DNA of 52,614 bases, the filler included, from Asterionella formosa (lineage: Eukaryota): the NCBI GenBank assembly GCA_002256025.1. It is 4 parts of 4 records of this genome, joined end to end, with 100 filler letters (N's around TTAATTAATTAA, not from the genome) between each part and the next. Parts side by side here need not be neighbours in the genome. Positions count along the whole stretch, not along the records: positions 39,552 to 52,614 come from NKIB01006986.1; 3 more parts are not named here. The stretch is one strand, 5' to 3'. Below are positions 49,287 through 52,614 of the stretch, piece after piece; the first letter of the stretch is position 1, and each line of letters begins with the position of its first letter. The position numbers were made by a program, and so were the translations under genes. The notes below the pieces were generated by a model, which was not told where the DNA came from, did not search any database, and worked only from the letters and a program-made list of their open reading frames with translations.

Positions 49287-50564
49287 GCTGTCGTGTTTTG
49301 GAGATATCAATGGTAAATTTTTTGATTTTATGACCAGTGGGGGAGAGTTGCTTGTCAGAGGCCAGGATCAAAAACGATTTATCAAGAAATGAAAAGGTTG
49401 AAGGCGCGAAAGGAAATGCCAGGTCGGTCGGGTCTGGTTTGTAAACGAAGGTATGGAGACTGTAAATAGTCGCGCTGCATACAGGTCTTTTCGGAACAAT
49501 CACACTCGAACAGACATTCGTAATTATTACCAGACATTCTAGTTGGGAAAACATGATAGAGTCCGATGTCTCACAAAAATCCAGCAAGGGTATACCGGTA
49601 GGAATGATTACCTGGTACCTGGTACGGTAATTGATGCAAAAATGAACGATCTAGTTCAGACTGTATCAACCGGTACCCTGGTACGTTGATACGTGGTCCA
49701 ACAACTTATAGAACGAAAAGGCATTTCGAGGCCGTTTTATGCATAATATGTATGACTCCTGATTTTGTCGATTCGACATGCTCATGTCGCAAGAGTCGCG
49801 TCGGCTTGGTGAATTCAATAACACATTTGTGTCGCAACGCATGCACCGGCATCTGATGTCTCTTGGAAATACTGAGCATCATACATCAGTATCATATTAT
49901 TATTTGATCATGCTTCAGCAAAATAAATACAGTACAGTACCTGGTACCTGGTACCGGAAATATACAAAATACGTAAAGCAGGTACCTGGTACCGGTATTG
50001 GTATTTACTACCGGTATGCCGAAATCAAAAACAACTTCGATAACCCGTAATTCAAGACATCTCAAAATGACTCGTTCAGAGAGTCTTTTCTGAAACATGT
50101 CGACATACACGTCGCAGCAGTCGTGTCGGTTGGCTAAACATTGAATTTGAAAAACAAAAACATAGAAAGCCGTCAACAAAGCGACATTTCATAATGACTC
50201 GTTTCGGGAGTCTTTTCTGAAACACATTTCGATTATCTGTAAGAAAGTACCAGTACCCTGGTAGCAAGAATATTGCAATAGACATTTCAATACTACGACA
50301 TCAGACAGCTTTCGTGAAACATCGTTGCAGCCAGGTTTAAGTATTCCGACCGCAATGACTGCACAGAGTTCCGCGTTACAAAAGAGTATAGTATGACTAT
50401 TCATACAGTCGCCTCAAGGTACTGGAACCAACTAGATGATGGTACCTGGTACCTGGTACCAGGTACTATCTAGGACATGAGGTTGGAGTATTGTCGGAAC
50501 AAATCTCTCCCGAAACGCCATGAAAGCAGAATGTGCTCACAAAACCAACTTTTTCAACAAAAAC

Positions 50565-51692
50565 ATGAATCTTATACGCTCTCTCCTCCTAATCGCCTCC
50601 ATGGCCTCGGCCAGTCTTGCTCAGACCATACCTGCATCATGTTTCGTTGATAGCAATGGCGATTTTAACCTCACTCTCACGAGTTGCAACAAGTATTCCT
50701 TCGAAGCGGCGATTACGAATGCCATGTTGGCATTGCCCAACAGCACCGCCAGCAAATGTAGGTCATGGCTGACTGAGACAAGAAGACTCTTTCGGAATCT
50801 CTCCCTAGTTGCTGATGATATTCAGAACTTGTGCAATAAGACTCAAGTGGAGTACGCGAAGAATAACCGCGTAACCATGCGAGACCTCTTTGATGGTGTC
50901 TTCACCGAGAGTCCAATCAGGACGACTCAAGACGACTACCAGTTCTTTCTCGGGGGTACTGAGCTCAACACCGATGACAACAGTCCAACTGAGTCGCACA
51001 AAGCTATTCTCTCTGCTTCCGCCATTAAAGTCAAAACGCAGGTCTTGGAGTGGCCTGGAACTTCCCAAAACTTCAAAAGGTGTTCCTCGAAGGCTGTCAT
51101 CTGCTGTTGGACTGATGTGCCGGAATCGAAAACCAACACTGATGTATGTTACATCGACAACCGCGCCCCGTATGCTGGACAAGTCAGTGGCGGCTTCTAT
51201 TTATATCCGGCCGCATCTGAGGGCAGCGTCAACTGCCACGGCTTTACTGTTGGGGACGAACGATACCTTGAGTCGTATCGCTTCCGAGGCAATGCGCTCT
51301 TCCAGCTGGCTGTTAATCACGGTCTCCTGGAAAATAATTTTACCAGTGAAATTGCAGGAGCTCCCATGTGTTCCTGTGCGGATGATGCTCCAGTCATTGA
51401 TAAGGCTGACTGCTCCGAAATCAAGATTGACGAATCGTACGCGTTCAAATGGAGTATTACTGCTAACGCTACGCTGACACACTCTTTCAACGGCGTTAGT
51501 CTCGAGTCCTGCAAAGATGAAAGTGGGGCGGTTATTGGGCTAAGGGATCATTATTATTCCATGGTTGCGGCGGGCGTGGTCAAGCCAACCGCGCTCGGAA
51601 GTCGCCCTTTCAACAACACAGTTGTCGGTGATGGAAACTGTGGAGCAGCCATGACTTCGTTCCTTAAGTCTAGGAACTATACGTTTTATTAG
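50565..51692 (+). CDS. Secreted Cys-rich protein, intronless paralog of 47851-49286, 375 aa
   Basis: Start AAACATG with signal peptide MNLIRSLLLIASMASASLA. It shares NFK.C...A..CCW, NTDVCYID, EG...CHGF, GN.L, AGAPMC.C and ADC...DE.Y.F with the paralog. Confidence 0.9.
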   Translation: MNLIRSLLLIASMASASLAQTIPASCFVDSNGDFNLTLTSCNKYSFEAAITNAMLALPNSTASKCRSWLTETRRLFRNLSLVADDIQNLCNKTQVEYAKNNRVTMRDLFDGVFTESPIRTTQDDYQFFLGGTELNTDDNSPTESHKAILSASAIKVKTQVLEWPGTSQNFKRCSSKAVICCWTDVPESKTNTDVCYIDNRAPYAGQVSGGFYLYPAASEGSVNCHGFTVGDERYLESYRFRGNALFQLAVNHGLLENNFTSEIAGAPMCSCADDAPVIDKADCSEIKIDESYAFKWSITANATLTHSFNGVSLESCKDESGAVIGLRDHYYSMVAAGVVKPTALGSRPFNNTVVGDGNCGAAMTSFLKSRNYTFY

Positions 51693-52255
51693 GTTACTAT
51701 AAGCTACATCAGTATATTCGACATTCTGGGTATCGGGAGTACCATATATATATATATAGAAAGTAGTTCGGGAATTGTAGAGGTCAAGTGTTGCGATATC
51801 GTTATGTATGAGAATAGGACTCGTGAAGAATAAATAATTATGCCTCATGGTGATTGAGGCGGTATGGATATTTTCCACGATGAATTACTCGTAAGAACGG
51901 AACTTGTCATCACTCTAGCGAAACAGGTGTGAGGCGATGTATTCATCAATTGTTAACAGTAGCCTACCAGACAGCTTCCCATGACACAAGTGTTGGAACT
52001 TCATGTGAGGCATTGTTGAAGTATGAACTTTTCTAGATAGATCTATCATTAGAAAAATGAAGGCGATAGACAGTGATGTTCGCTTCTCTTTCGTTGCTAT
52101 ATTCTTATTGTGAGCTACTAAGCTAGTTGTTAGGCAGGTTTGATCGGTTTGAATAATCAAACGAACTATTCTCCACATGCCGTTTGCATTTGCCAGATCA
52201 TTCATTTATAGATAAACCCATGTTGACCTCACATTCATTGATCATAGGTTGATAC

Positions 52256-52614
52256 ACATTTATCATTACTAGATTCAAAAACTATCGGTCTTCCAAATAC
52301 AGATACCATATTCTTCATTGTCCTGGATCCCCCAAAGCACACTGCCGTGACTGAATTTCTTGATTGATGTTACTAAAGGGGGTCCTGGCAATGAAGATAT
52401 TTCCCAAATACTAACAGTATTAAACCTATGTATGATATTTCATTAGCTCTACAGGGTGCTAGCGTAGCACACATTTTTCTAAGATTTATTAACATGACAG
52501 GTTGATTAACATTTATCATTAGATTCAAGAACTATTGGTCTTACGAATACAGATACTGTATACTGGTACTTCATTGTCCTGGATCTCCCCCAATTTACAC
52601 TGCCGTGACTGAAT
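52256..52614. repeat. ~253-bp tandem repeat running to the window end
   Basis: ACATTTATCATTA..GATTCAA.AACTAT.GGTCTT...CTTCATTGTCCTGGATC...CACTGCCGTGACTGAAT occurs at ~52256 and ~52509. Confidence 0.85.

Overview
This is eukaryotic DNA, most likely from a pennate diatom. The support is a DUF6824-type gene, a CoDi-type copia gag, a bipartite plastid-targeting leader and a short GT-AG intron. The window is four contigs (13094, 13092, 13065 and 13063 bp) joined by 100-bp N44-TTAATTAATTAA-N44 linkers. Their near-equal, descending sizes suggest concatenation by length, so adjacency across gaps is probably not genomic. Contigs 1-3 are mostly transposon debris: Tc1/IS630- and pogo-like remnants, Harbinger-like fragments, a MITE, long-TIR ends, a Crypton-like tyrosine-recombinase N-terminus, a young copia gag and an old two-LTR copia carrying a captured fragment. 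Contig 2 also has one intact DUF6824 gene. Contig 4 is genic: a plastid-targeted protein with two HeH/SAP-like repeats, eIF3b, and two head-to-head paralogous Cys-rich secreted proteins. The most notable observations are (1) two tandem, diverged ~210-nt elements (42536-42747, 42943-43148) that fold into the same unbranched rod with many compensatory changes, a candidate undescribed structured ncRNA; (2) a tRNA-Ala-derived SINE with a 15-bp TSD whose empty site is visible in a paralogous repeat in the same window; and (3) a highly iterated GGTACC/CCWGGTA/ACCGGT motif in intergenic DNA. All family assignments come from motif recognition by eye; no database searches were run.
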